From a virus (Duplodnaviria > Caudoviricetes), in the IMG/VR virus record IMGVR_UViG_3300033149_002250, positions 1,355 to 65,354 of that record: DNA of 64,000 bases; one strand, 5' to 3'. The position numbers were made by a program, and so were the translations under genes. The number at the start of each line of letters is the position of its first letter. Within the stretch, counting starts at the first letter, position 1. The notes beneath the pieces were generated by a model, which saw only the letters and a program-made list of their open reading frames with translations, did not search any database and was not told where the DNA came from. Shown piece after piece: positions 55,833-63,799 of the stretch.

Positions 55833-56557
55833 GTCAGTCGCTCCTCGGCCTTTCGCCAACTTGCCCAATTGCAGTGCAACACCAATGCCCCGTCTCGTAG
55901 CCTGTCGAAAACCGGATGGGTTAGCCTGTCGCTCGCTTCCGTGGCGTTGGCGACGTTGATGCTGACCCAGATCGGCTTGAGTCTGCCATACCTGTAGTCC
56001 ACCAAGTCGTAGAGTAGTGTGGCCTGCCATGGAGTCAGCGTCCCTTGCGGTGGAGCAGGGTCGCTGAGAATCAACACCGGGGCCTGCTGGTATGGTGCCA
56101 GCAGCCGCGTCTCCATGCCGTGGTTGATACCATCCCGCAGCGACCTGAACAGGGACGCTCCGGTAGCACGCAGCACCCGGAAGCCGTGCGCAAAGATCGC
56201 CTCGTGCGCCAGGCCGACCAGCAGGTGATCCTTGCCGGTGCCGGTTGGCCCAAACAGGATCAGGTTTTGGCCACGCTTGACCTTCTCGGCCATCGCCTTT
56301 TTGTACTGGGCGATCTTCTCAAGTACCCGCTTCTGGGCTACAGTAGTGGCCTGAAAGTTCTCCAGCCGGCACTTGCTGTACCGCCGGCCTGCGTCCTCAA
56401 TGAGCCGCATCCACCATCGCGCGGTCTCGGCGCGGCGTTCTTCCTCTCGCTCGGCTGCCAGCTTGGCCGCTCGGTCGCCAGCGGCTTCGGCACGCTGGCA
56501 AACGCGGTCAATTGCCTCGGCTATGGCTGCTGGCAGTTTAGGTGGTGTCTTCGTCAT
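55829..56557 (-). CDS. DnaC/IstB-like helicase loader ATPase
   Basis: LILFGPTGTGKDHL, VLILSD, LVDYRY and DRLR. Confidence 0.85.
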   Translation of the reverse strand: MTKTPPKLPAAIAEAIDRVCQRAEAAGDRAAKLAAEREEERRAETARWWMRLIEDAGRRYSKCRLENFQATTVAQKRVLEKIAQYKKAMAEKVKRGQNLILFGPTGTGKDHLLVGLAHEAIFAHGFRVLRATGASLFRSLRDGINHGMETRLLAPYQQAPVLILSDPAPPQGTLTPWQATLLYDLVDYRYGRLKPIWVSINVANATEASDRLTHPVFDRLRDGALVLHCNWASWRKAEERLT

Positions 56558-56561
56558 CGCA

Positions 56562-57245
56562 CTACCATTCCCCTGCGTCGTCTGGGTGCCGCTGCCCATT
56601 GCTGGCGCCAGGTGTGAAGGGCTTCGGCGGCGCGATGCACCCTTGGTATCCATTCCCTATTGAGTACGAAACGGCCTGCGGAAATCTGGACCCGTGCCGT
56701 CGCAACAGGATGCCGATCTGCTTCTCCGGCCATTTGTACGCCTTGTGAATCCTGCGGCGGTACTCCATCCACAACGCGATAGCTTCCCTGATCGCCTCGT
56801 TGTCGCAGCCCGCCGGGAAATCTATCTCGTCCCATCTGATCTCCACGGCCCGCCCCGCATCCTGTGCTTTCTGCTTGGTCTTGATACCCGGGTTGCCGCC
56901 CTTTCGCCCCGCTGTTGCACATCGCCGCCGGCGCTTCTCCCGTTTGCCAATCTCTGTGCTGTAGAATGTCCCGTCCTCTGCTTGCTGCACCATACCCACG
57001 CCTTGCAGTTCCGCCATGGCGGCCCTGATGTCGTCCAGCGAGGACTGGAGCATGGCCGCCAGTCTTACGGTCGTAATGCGTCTGCCGTCAGGCAGCAGCA
57101 GTTTGCCTGGCTCCGGGCTGTCCCGGAAGATGCACAGCAGGTCAATCCAGAGCCCCCTGGCCGCCAGAGACACGTTGCGAAGCGATGACATTTCCAGCCA
57201 CTCCCGGTGACGAATGCCGAGCGTACCTGCCACCAGCCTGCTCAT
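56562..57245 (-). CDS. Phage replication initiator-like protein
   Basis: SLAARGLWIDLLC...ELQGVG winged-helix, GRKGGNP and C-terminal WMEYR..SIGNGYQG; upstream of the DnaC-like gene. Confidence 0.7.
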   Translation of the reverse strand: MSRLVAGTLGIRHREWLEMSSLRNVSLAARGLWIDLLCIFRDSPEPGKLLLPDGRRITTVRLAAMLQSSLDDIRAAMAELQGVGMVQQAEDGTFYSTEIGKREKRRRRCATAGRKGGNPGIKTKQKAQDAGRAVEIRWDEIDFPAGCDNEAIREAIALWMEYRRRIHKAYKWPEKQIGILLRRHGSRFPQAVSYSIGNGYQGCIAPPKPFTPGASNGQRHPDDAGEW

Positions 57246-57275
57246 CTGCCGTGCCTCCGTGCGCCTCCCTGCTCA

Positions 57276-58679
57276 TTATAACAGGTCGCACACGATCTGC
57301 TCATCGTCGCTGGCCTCCGCCGTTAGAATCACGACGCCGGTGCTCTTGGCAACCTCGGCCACCTCCTTTCGGTTTACCGGATCGAGCGATTCCCACGCTT
57401 CCTGGGGGACCGCCACCAGTCCGCCCTTGCCCACTTGGGTGGCCGCGATCTCCAAGGCAATGCGCCACCTTTCCCCAGGCGACAACTCTGCAAAGGGCTC
57501 TGCCCCCCGATCCGTGTCGCAGACCAGCACGCCATCCTCGACGCGCAGCTTGGACGTGACCTTCGCCACCCAGTCAGAGAGGATGCTGTCGGTCGCCTTG
57601 GCGGACCCCCGCAGCATTTCTGCCTGACGCAGCCTGTCGTCTGCGGCAGAGAGCAGCTTGTCCGCTACCTCCAGGTTGTGCCGGGCCTCCTCGCGGCTGA
57701 TGGCAAGCTCGTGTTCGCGCTTGGCTCTTTCGACCCGCTCGGTGGCCGCGGCAAGCTCCGCGTCGGTCGGACCTTCCGGGATGTCGCCAAGCACCTGCTC
57801 CAGTTCAGCCATCTCCCTTTCGGCCTGTTCTGCCGCGTGTAGGTCGGACTCAAGCTCAACAAGCCGTGCGCGCTCAGCCTTTAGGCTGGCTTCGAGTTGG
57901 GCGATTCGCTCGCGGCTCTCGACCACCCGTTGGCGAATGTCCACAGCAGCCTTCGAGGTCTGTTTCAGGGAGTCCAATCGTCGGGCTGCCTCCTCTGCTT
58001 GGGCGGCACGCTTTTCGGCCTGCTGTCTTTTGACCTCTAGCTCGCGGCGGGCGAGCAGTGCGTTTGAGAGTTCCTGCTCGGCCTCCTTGGGAGAGGGGCC
58101 GCTCCCGATCTCCTCCGGCAGCCTTTCCTTCACTGCGACGGCTTGGGCTTTGAAGTCGCGGGCCGCCGTCTCGTGCTGCCTGGCCGCGGCCTCTAGCTCC
58201 CGCTTGAGTCTGGCTGCCATCGACACCAGATCGCCGTGCCTGGCAGCAATCGGCAGCAGTTCCTCCAAGTCGTACCCTGGCGGCACTATCGGCTCAAACT
58301 CCTTGGCTTCGCCGGCAGCCCCGGCCAACTGGAGCAGAGCCTTGACTCGCACCCTGTTTGCGGCCGACTCGTCTTTCAGCCCAGGATCGACCAGCTGAGT
58401 GATGTCCAGTTTCCCTTCAAGCGTCTGGACCTCGGCTTCCCCGGTGCGCCGCATGCTGCGGCCGATGGTAAGCCTTACACCCACGCCCTCCACCTTCCCT
58501 TTTTTGGCGTGATCTCGCACTGGTGGCCGACCCCGCTTGGAGACAGCCGCTTCGACTGCCTCCAGCGCATGGCTTTTGCCGACCCCGTTACGGCCCCGCA
58601 ACACGACCACGCCGGCGTCGGGAAGGGGGATCATCAGGTGTTCAACTGGCCCGACGTTTTCTAGGTTGATTTCTCGCAT
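57276..58679 (-). CDS. Rad50/SbcC/SMC-like ABC ATPase with coiled-coil
   Basis: Walker A GRNGVGKS, a long coiled-coil, signature LSPGE and QEAWESLD (degenerate Walker B / D-loop). Confidence 0.8.
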   Translation of the reverse strand: MREINLENVGPVEHLMIPLPDAGVVVLRGRNGVGKSHALEAVEAAVSKRGRPPVRDHAKKGKVEGVGVRLTIGRSMRRTGEAEVQTLEGKLDITQLVDPGLKDESAANRVRVKALLQLAGAAGEAKEFEPIVPPGYDLEELLPIAARHGDLVSMAARLKRELEAAARQHETAARDFKAQAVAVKERLPEEIGSGPSPKEAEQELSNALLARRELEVKRQQAEKRAAQAEEAARRLDSLKQTSKAAVDIRQRVVESRERIAQLEASLKAERARLVELESDLHAAEQAEREMAELEQVLGDIPEGPTDAELAAATERVERAKREHELAISREEARHNLEVADKLLSAADDRLRQAEMLRGSAKATDSILSDWVAKVTSKLRVEDGVLVCDTDRGAEPFAELSPGERWRIALEIAATQVGKGGLVAVPQEAWESLDPVNRKEVAEVAKSTGVVILTAEASDDEQIVCDLL

Positions 58680-58689
58680 CGTTTCTCTC

Positions 58690-58858
58690 CTTGCGCTCGC
58701 TCGGGAGCCAGCCGTGGGGCGCATCCCCGTCGCCGGCCGGCCTCGGTCAACCAAACCTGCGCTCCCCTGGGAGCGTGCCGGTGAGCCCACCTGCCGCACA
58801 CGTCGTGCATCGCCCTTGTGCCTGCGCTCCCCTGGGAGCGTGCCGGTGAGCCCACCTG
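58690..58858 (-). CRISPR. CRISPR-like mini-array: two identical 38-bp repeats, one degenerate terminal repeat and two spacers (27 and 28 bp)
   Basis: Repeat CAGGTGGGCTCACCGGCACGCTCCCAGGGGAGCGCAGG at 58821-58858 and 58756-58793, with a 25/38 degenerate copy at 58690-58727. Internal hairpin CGCTCCC/GGGAGCG; period 65-66 bp. Confidence 0.7.
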
Positions 58859-58859
58859 G

Positions 58860-59040
58860 GCAAGACTTAACTCCTTTCTGTCACTGAGGTTGCGACAGCT
58901 CCGCAGCCCCTCAAGCCGGCACTCCCGGAAGGCCCGGGGGCTGTCCCGTGTGGGAATATCCCCGGCTCTTCGCAGCGTTCCTGGACCGTGCCGCCGCGCT
59001 GGGCATTGCGGCCGTGTCCGGCTTCGGCCTGGCAGTGGCC
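58860..59040 (-). ncRNA. Candidate tracrRNA/scaffold region with an anti-repeat at 58910-58926
   Basis: Minus-strand GGGA-GUGCCGG-CU-UGAG can pair with repeat CUCA-CCGGCAC-GC-UCCC (15 bp, two 2-nt bulges). Boundaries are unknown. Confidence 0.5.
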
Positions 59041-59041
59041 G

Positions 59042-59722
59042 TTATAGCACCTTTTCTAATTCGGCACGAAGCTCATGCAGTACCCGAATTGTTTCGTCGC
59101 TGTCGTCCAGCATGCCAGTACGGACAAGCAGAATCAACTGCCGTGCATGAAAGGTAGCCGGCATTCCCGACAGCTTGGGCACCGCTTCGATCTGCTCGTC
59201 CGTAAGGACCGCGCCAGCCAAATGGTCCAAGCCACGTTTCAGCGGTACTGGCGTGCCGTTCTTCGCCACGGCGACCCTGCCTTCGGCCAGTGCCTTTATG
59301 TCGCTTGGCCGCATACACAGCGCCAAGGCGACGCTCTTGACCGCCACGCGGTACTTCTTCGCCAGGATTAGGCACCGCGTCTTGTCCTGCTTCGTAAGAG
59401 ACCTGCCGTGGGCTGCATTGAGCCGCATCGCATCCAGCAGCAACTCGCGGTCACTGGGATACTCGCGCAGCTCAACGGCAACGATGGGGTTGTCACCAAA
59501 CTCTCGCTTGTAGGCTCGATAGCGATGAAAGCCATCGACAATTCTCTTGCTCCTTGCCTCAGCAATAATCGGCGGCAGGCTGGCGCCCCCGCGGATCGCA
59601 TCGCACAAATTGGCCACGTGCTGACTGTCCACAGTCTGCCTGGGATACAAGTCCCAGTCAAGGACCAGTTCACTCAGCGGCAGCTGGGCAAGCCTTACTT
59701 TCGGCGACGCGATCTTCGCCAT
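59042..59722 (-). CDS. ParB/Srx N-terminal (CTPase-like) domain protein
   Basis: LYPR, LPPII, IVDGFHRYRA (GxxR patch) and LNAAHG.SLT..DK, followed by a possible HTH. Confidence 0.85.
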   Translation of the reverse strand: MAKIASPKVRLAQLPLSELVLDWDLYPRQTVDSQHVANLCDAIRGGASLPPIIAEARSKRIVDGFHRYRAYKREFGDNPIVAVELREYPSDRELLLDAMRLNAAHGRSLTKQDKTRCLILAKKYRVAVKSVALALCMRPSDIKALAEGRVAVAKNGTPVPLKRGLDHLAGAVLTDEQIEAVPKLSGMPATFHARQLILLVRTGMLDDSDETIRVLHELRAELEKVL

Positions 59723-60923
59723 TGGGCAGCTCCTTTCCTGTGATGAAGGACAACCCTTGGCCGTGGGCCTTGTGCTGTAACTGGGTCACGAAGGTGTGCC
59801 AGGGAAAGCCATTCCGGCGGGGCTCGGTGTCCAGCCAGACGATCCCAGCGAATCCGTTACGCTTGGCATAGCCGACCACTTGGGCCGACAATTGGTGTGC
59901 CGCCGTGTCCATGCGGCGGCGGTACTTCTCGGCAAGCGACTTGAACCGGCTGCGCAGCTTGCCGCGGACCTCCATCTTGGCGTCCTCGCTCAGTCGCCGC
60001 AGCCGCCGCTGGTGCTCACGCTGCCACCTGGCAACGTGATCGGCATTGATGGTCCAGAGCTTATTCTGTTTGGCGTTCACCGCCTGTAGCAGACAATCCT
60101 CGCCAGGCATTACGAACAACAAGCCCCGGCTGCCGTCCGGCTGCCCATCACGTGGAAGCCACAGACACATCTTGCAGAGCAACCTGCCGACCTTGCCGAT
60201 ACCTGGCCGGTGGTCGCCGCTGGAGCCCTTTTGTTCATACAAAGCCACCTCGGCCCGCAATGCTTCGCCTGCCAACAGTTTCTCGAAGGCAGCTAGCTGT
60301 CTGCGGTAATCGTGGCCGCCACGCAGCCTCAGATGCACCTGCCGCCCGGCCAGCCGGATACGCACCACCGGCCGCCCCTGTTCGTCCCGCAAAGCCCGCC
60401 AGTCCTTCGCGCGAATGGGAAGCACCGCCCGGTCGTAGCGGAAGTTCGGCACAGACTCGTTGCCGAGCCAGATGACGTTGTACCGCCGTTTGCGCCAGCG
60501 GCCCTCAACTGCGTGCAACACGGCACAAACCGTGGACGGCTCCAGTTCCGGGCACAACTTGCGGGCTTCGGGGTAAAGGTACACAGCCGGGGCCTTCGGC
60601 AGTTTTTCCATTTCCGGTGTGCGCACCACGTCTGCCTTCGCCAGCTGAGTTATGGCCCAGTTGCTCAACCGGACGGTCGCCCGCCAAGCGGCCTTTAGCC
60701 AGTCGCGCAGCTCCGACCACTCGCAGTCCGTCGGCCCCGCCACCGGAATAGTTACGGCCCGCAACACGTAGCGGTCCTTCCAGCAGGTGGCACACATCAC
60801 ATCGCCAGACGGCAGGCGATGCCAGCCGGGCGGCAGCCGCTTCGCCTGGGTCGTTTTGCCGCAGCCCGCGCACACGTACTCACGCTCCTCCGCTGCCATG
60901 GCATTGCCCTCCTGCTCACTCAT
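59670..60923 (-). CDS. Nuclease-dead TnpB/Cas12f-like RNA-guided DNA-binding protein with an N-terminal Zn finger
   Basis: C-terminal HQLSAQVVGYAKRNGFAGIVW and FPWHTFVTQLQHKAHGQGLSF align by eye with the TnpB/Cas12 RuvC region. The RuvC-I Asp position reads LFVMPG; the TNB Zn finger and RuvC-III are absent. Confidence 0.65.
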   Translation of the reverse strand: MSEQEGNAMAAEEREYVCAGCGKTTQAKRLPPGWHRLPSGDVMCATCWKDRYVLRAVTIPVAGPTDCEWSELRDWLKAAWRATVRLSNWAITQLAKADVVRTPEMEKLPKAPAVYLYPEARKLCPELEPSTVCAVLHAVEGRWRKRRYNVIWLGNESVPNFRYDRAVLPIRAKDWRALRDEQGRPVVRIRLAGRQVHLRLRGGHDYRRQLAAFEKLLAGEALRAEVALYEQKGSSGDHRPGIGKVGRLLCKMCLWLPRDGQPDGSRGLLFVMPGEDCLLQAVNAKQNKLWTINADHVARWQREHQRRLRRLSEDAKMEVRGKLRSRFKSLAEKYRRRMDTAAHQLSAQVVGYAKRNGFAGIVWLDTEPRRNGFPWHTFVTQLQHKAHGQGLSFITGKELPNGEDRVAESKACPAAAE

Positions 60924-61521
60924 CGTCCTGCTTCGGGATCGGCTCCCAGTCCGGGCACCAGTCCATGCTTCTCCTGAGTTGGAGCCATCGGTTTATGCAT
61001 AGCTCTGATCCTTCTGGTGTGTCGCGCATGCAGAGCCGGAAGTAAGGGCGCTCGCACCGCACCGCTTTCTCGGCGTCCGGGTCGCCCCACCAATGGGCGC
61101 AAGTGCGGCACTCATTCTCGTGGCCCAAGAGGCCCTGGACCTCCAGGAGAGCACCCCCGTACCCTTTGTCCAGCGGCCACTCGCTCGGCTCCTGCGGACA
61201 GCATGGCACGGCCCTATCGTCGATGTAGGCCGCCGCCAGAGGTTTGCCCTGCCCAGTGTAAACCTCGTCGAAGTAAAACCCATGCTCACGCAGCCATGAT
61301 TCGACTCGCGCCGCAAGTTGCTGCGTCGTCTCGTCGGACTCGCTGGCCTCTGGGTTGCACCGGACGGTGAAGATCACCACGCGGGCCATCTTCGACAATT
61401 TATGCGTGAAGTCAACCGCCCCAGGCAGCGGTTTGCCGATGTGGTCAATGCCACGCCAATGATCGAACTCAGCGAGCACGCCGTCCAGATCAACGCAGAC
61501 GGTTTTTTTCATTTCATCCAT
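60916..61521 (-). CDS. HAD-superfamily phosphatase with a Cys-rich C-terminus
   Basis: VCVDLDGVL (DxD), FTVR, GKP and YIDDRA; start reassigned to MDEMKK. Confidence 0.8.
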   Translation of the reverse strand: MDEMKKTVCVDLDGVLAEFDHWRGIDHIGKPLPGAVDFTHKLSKMARVVIFTVRCNPEASESDETTQQLAARVESWLREHGFYFDEVYTGQGKPLAAAYIDDRAVPCCPQEPSEWPLDKGYGGALLEVQGLLGHENECRTCAHWWGDPDAEKAVRCERPYFRLCMRDTPEGSELCINRWLQLRRSMDWCPDWEPIPKQDDE

Positions 61522-61569
61522 CGGTATTTGCCCCCATGGTGCCGATTGTCTTTCGGGCTCTTCCGTCAA

Positions 61570-61632
61570 TGTTCCACGTGAAACATTCGCCTGTGTTTCA
61601 CGTGAAACGGCACCTGTGTTCCACGTGAAACG
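61570..61632. promoter_or_regulatory. parS: Three tandem parS centromere sites
   Basis: TGTTCCACGTGAAACA (61570-61585), TGTTTCACGTGAAACG (61594-61609) and TGTTCCACGTGAAACG (61617-61632) match the bacterial consensus TGTTNCACGTGAAACA. Confidence 0.9.
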
Positions 61633-61636
61633 GCGA

Positions 61637-62361
61637 CTACGTTTCATCCCTTTCTTCCCAGCTACTGCGGGCTGGCTGCTCCAATCGCTCCAGCGTCGCT
61701 CGTGTCGCTTCAAGCGACCGAAGGACGCTGCCGAGGGTCTGTGTCACGTGGTCTATGGCAGCGACGTAACCGCCCATGTCCATCGCTCTGGCTATCACGC
61801 CTACAGCCTCGCCGATTGGCCCTAGCTCCCACCGGTCCGTAATTCGCACGCCCGAGGCTTGCTCAAACCTACCTACAACCCGCTGTAGATTTCGCAGGCG
61901 GTGCTGGACCTCGTGTAGCTGCATCGCTTTTTGGGCGTCCTCGGCGCACTTGTCTCGCTCCTGTTGGAGCAGCCGCTCGTGTTCCTCCATGGTAATCACA
62001 TTCTCGGCCAGCCGCCTTGCGATTGCTGCCATAAACTCCCAGGATAGCGGCGCTGTCGTCAGTCTCGGTGCGCGTTTGGCAATGCGTGTGCCGCGGCCAT
62101 CGCACTCAATCAGCCCCCACTTCTCTGGCACTTCGGCCGGATGGATAACGCCCTTGGGGGCGGCCACATACCAGTAGAGACAATACTTGAGAATCGCCTC
62201 TGCTTTGGCAGGCTCGGCCAGTTCCTGTTGCCAGTCGGAACGCGACACCTTGATTTCCACGCCATGCCAACCTGCGGCAGGACAACATACGCGGGCCACG
62301 GCCAGCGGCGCTTGAGCATCTGGAAGATTTTTTGTTCCGTCAGTGATATCGCTTTGCTCAC
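61637..62361 (-). pseudogene. MmcB-like PD-(D/E)XK nuclease, frameshifted and apparently internally deleted near 62270
   Basis: The N-terminus (MSKAIS...YVVLPQV) and the core (HGVEIKVSRSDW..EL..P.K..YWYVAAP) are in different frames, and the expected intervening AD-containing segment is missing. Confidence 0.6.
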
Positions 62362-62390
62362 TGCTTCCGCTCCCTGAGCTAGATCACCTT

Positions 62391-62963
62391 CTACATGCGC
62401 TTTCCGCCGTGTCTGTACTCCCGCTTCTCATTGAAGTCCATTTTCGCCCGAATCGCCCCCTCTAAGTCCCAGCCCCGCGCGGCACAAGCGTCGGCGATGC
62501 GGATAACGCAGTCGGCCAATTCTTCCTCCACGCAAGTGAATGGCGGAATGGCCTCGCTGGGCGGATTGCCATGCCGCAAGGCTTCCAAGGCTTCCGACAA
62601 TTCCGAGTGCATCAGGGCGATCAGTTCGCCGTCGCTACGGTCTCTGTCCCACCAGCCTTTGGCTGTGGCTGTTTCGTGGGCTCGGCGTATGATGGCCTCA
62701 AGAGCAAGCTCGGCACAGTCAAGCTCGGCCACCCCTCCCATGGCATCCTCTGCCCGGCTCAATTCGTTCCTAAGCAACCTGATGGCTTGGCCCGGCCAGC
62801 GTTGCTTCAACTCCTCGACAGGTGACTGCGAGAGTCTTTCGACTTGCAAGCCCGCACGCAGTCGCCGCCTTGACTTCGTTTGTTCCTCGATTGCCACCCA
62901 CACCTTCCCGAGCATCGCGCAGTGCTGCGGATTGGAGATCGTTTGCAGCATTTTCCATTCCAC
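62391..62963 (-). CDS. MazG-like nucleotide pyrophosphohydrolase
   Basis: LMHSELSEALEA, EEELADCVIRI and KMDFNEKR..RHGGK. Confidence 0.85.
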   Translation of the reverse strand: MEWKMLQTISNPQHCAMLGKVWVAIEEQTKSRRRLRAGLQVERLSQSPVEELKQRWPGQAIRLLRNELSRAEDAMGGVAELDCAELALEAIIRRAHETATAKGWWDRDRSDGELIALMHSELSEALEALRHGNPPSEAIPPFTCVEEELADCVIRIADACAARGWDLEGAIRAKMDFNEKREYRHGGKRM

Positions 62964-62981
62964 CGCCTTCTCCTTTCTGGG

Positions 62982-63359
62982 TCAGTCTTTGATGAAGGGA
63001 TTGGTAGCAAAGGGTCTGTGATGCCAAGCGACCTCGTTGCGCCACCAGACGTAAACACCCGAAAAGCCGCGTATCCAAATTGACTCCATCATGCGTCGCT
63101 TGGGGGGCAGCCATCCCTTCGGCAGTGGCAGATTGTCTGGCACTTCATCCGTAAGCAGTTGCCGGTCAACTTTGAGCTTGAATTGGACCCACCCGCAGTC
63201 GGTTAACGGCGAGCCTGGGCCGACCGTCTCCAAAGGTAGGTCTTCAACGTATTCCGCGCCGCAGCGATAGCAATAGTGCCCGAGCGCGGCTTCGCGCGCA
63301 ACAAGATCACAGACGAGCCTTACCAAAAGCGTGTCATGGCGTTTGCAATGTTTTGACAT
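62982..63359 (-). CDS. Hypothetical protein
   Basis: ORF with a GAGG RBS. Confidence 0.5.
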   Translation of the reverse strand: MSKHCKRHDTLLVRLVCDLVAREAALGHYCYRCGAEYVEDLPLETVGPGSPLTDCGWVQFKLKVDRQLLTDEVPDNLPLPKGWLPPKRRMMESIWIRGFSGVYVWWRNEVAWHHRPFATNPFIKD

Positions 63360-63386
63360 CTGCTCTGCCTCTCTGTGGGCTCAAAA

Positions 63387-63501
63387 GCCCCGGCCGGGAT
63401 TTGAACCCGGTTGATTGGCCTTAAGCGCCAAGGAGCCGCCAACCACCTTCTTCCGCAGTTCGCCTGCCTCACCAAGCTACTTTGCGGACGCGCAAGGGGG
63501 C
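63387..63501 (-). ncRNA. Degenerate tRNA or tRNA-like RNA
   Basis: Perfect T-arm CCGGG-TTCAAAT-CCCGG followed by CCGGGGC, which pairs with 5' GCCCC; the interior is not a canonical cloverleaf. Confidence 0.4.
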
Positions 63502-63508
63502 CTAGGTG

Positions 63509-63799
63509 CTACAGTTGACATCCGTCTTGCATGGTGAACAAGATGCGGCTTGCCTCCTCCACTTCCTTGTGGATATATTCCAGACTCGCCAGCACTGATG
63601 CGCAAGGGTCCGGTGGCGGGTTTTGCGCCACTGGCTCGTTGATTGGTTTCAAGACCGGCCTAAACTGGTCTCGAACGACACGCGCCAGTGATGTGAGACC
63701 TCTGGCAGCCACCATAAGTCTCTCGCATCGGGCCACGATCCCGTTTTCGTCACGCTGCGTCAGCGCCCGCACCTTTGGTCCGATCTTCACGCTATTCAT
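63509..63799 (-). CDS. Hypothetical protein
   Basis: AAGGAG RBS. Confidence 0.55.
   Translation of the reverse strand: MNSVKIGPKVRALTQRDENGIVARCERLMVAARGLTSLARVVRDQFRPVLKPINEPVAQNPPPDPCASVLASLEYIHKEVEEASRILFTMQDGCQL

Noticed and set aside
58794-58802. 3' end of spacer 1 (CGTGTGCGG) shared with the 5.2-kb repeats
   Set aside because: Only 9-10 nt, PAM-distal and GC-rich; probably coincidence.
59670-60923. An active IS200/IS605 or IS607 transposon
   Set aside because: No adjacent TnpA, catalytic residues are missing, and the gene overlaps its phage neighbours. The serine recombinase is over 4 kb away on the other strand and lacks the IS607 N-terminal HTH.
61522-61713. N-terminal extension of the HAD ORF across the parS sites
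   Set aside because: The HAD motif starts right after the Met at 61521; the extension overlaps the upstream gene and simply reads through the parS repeats.
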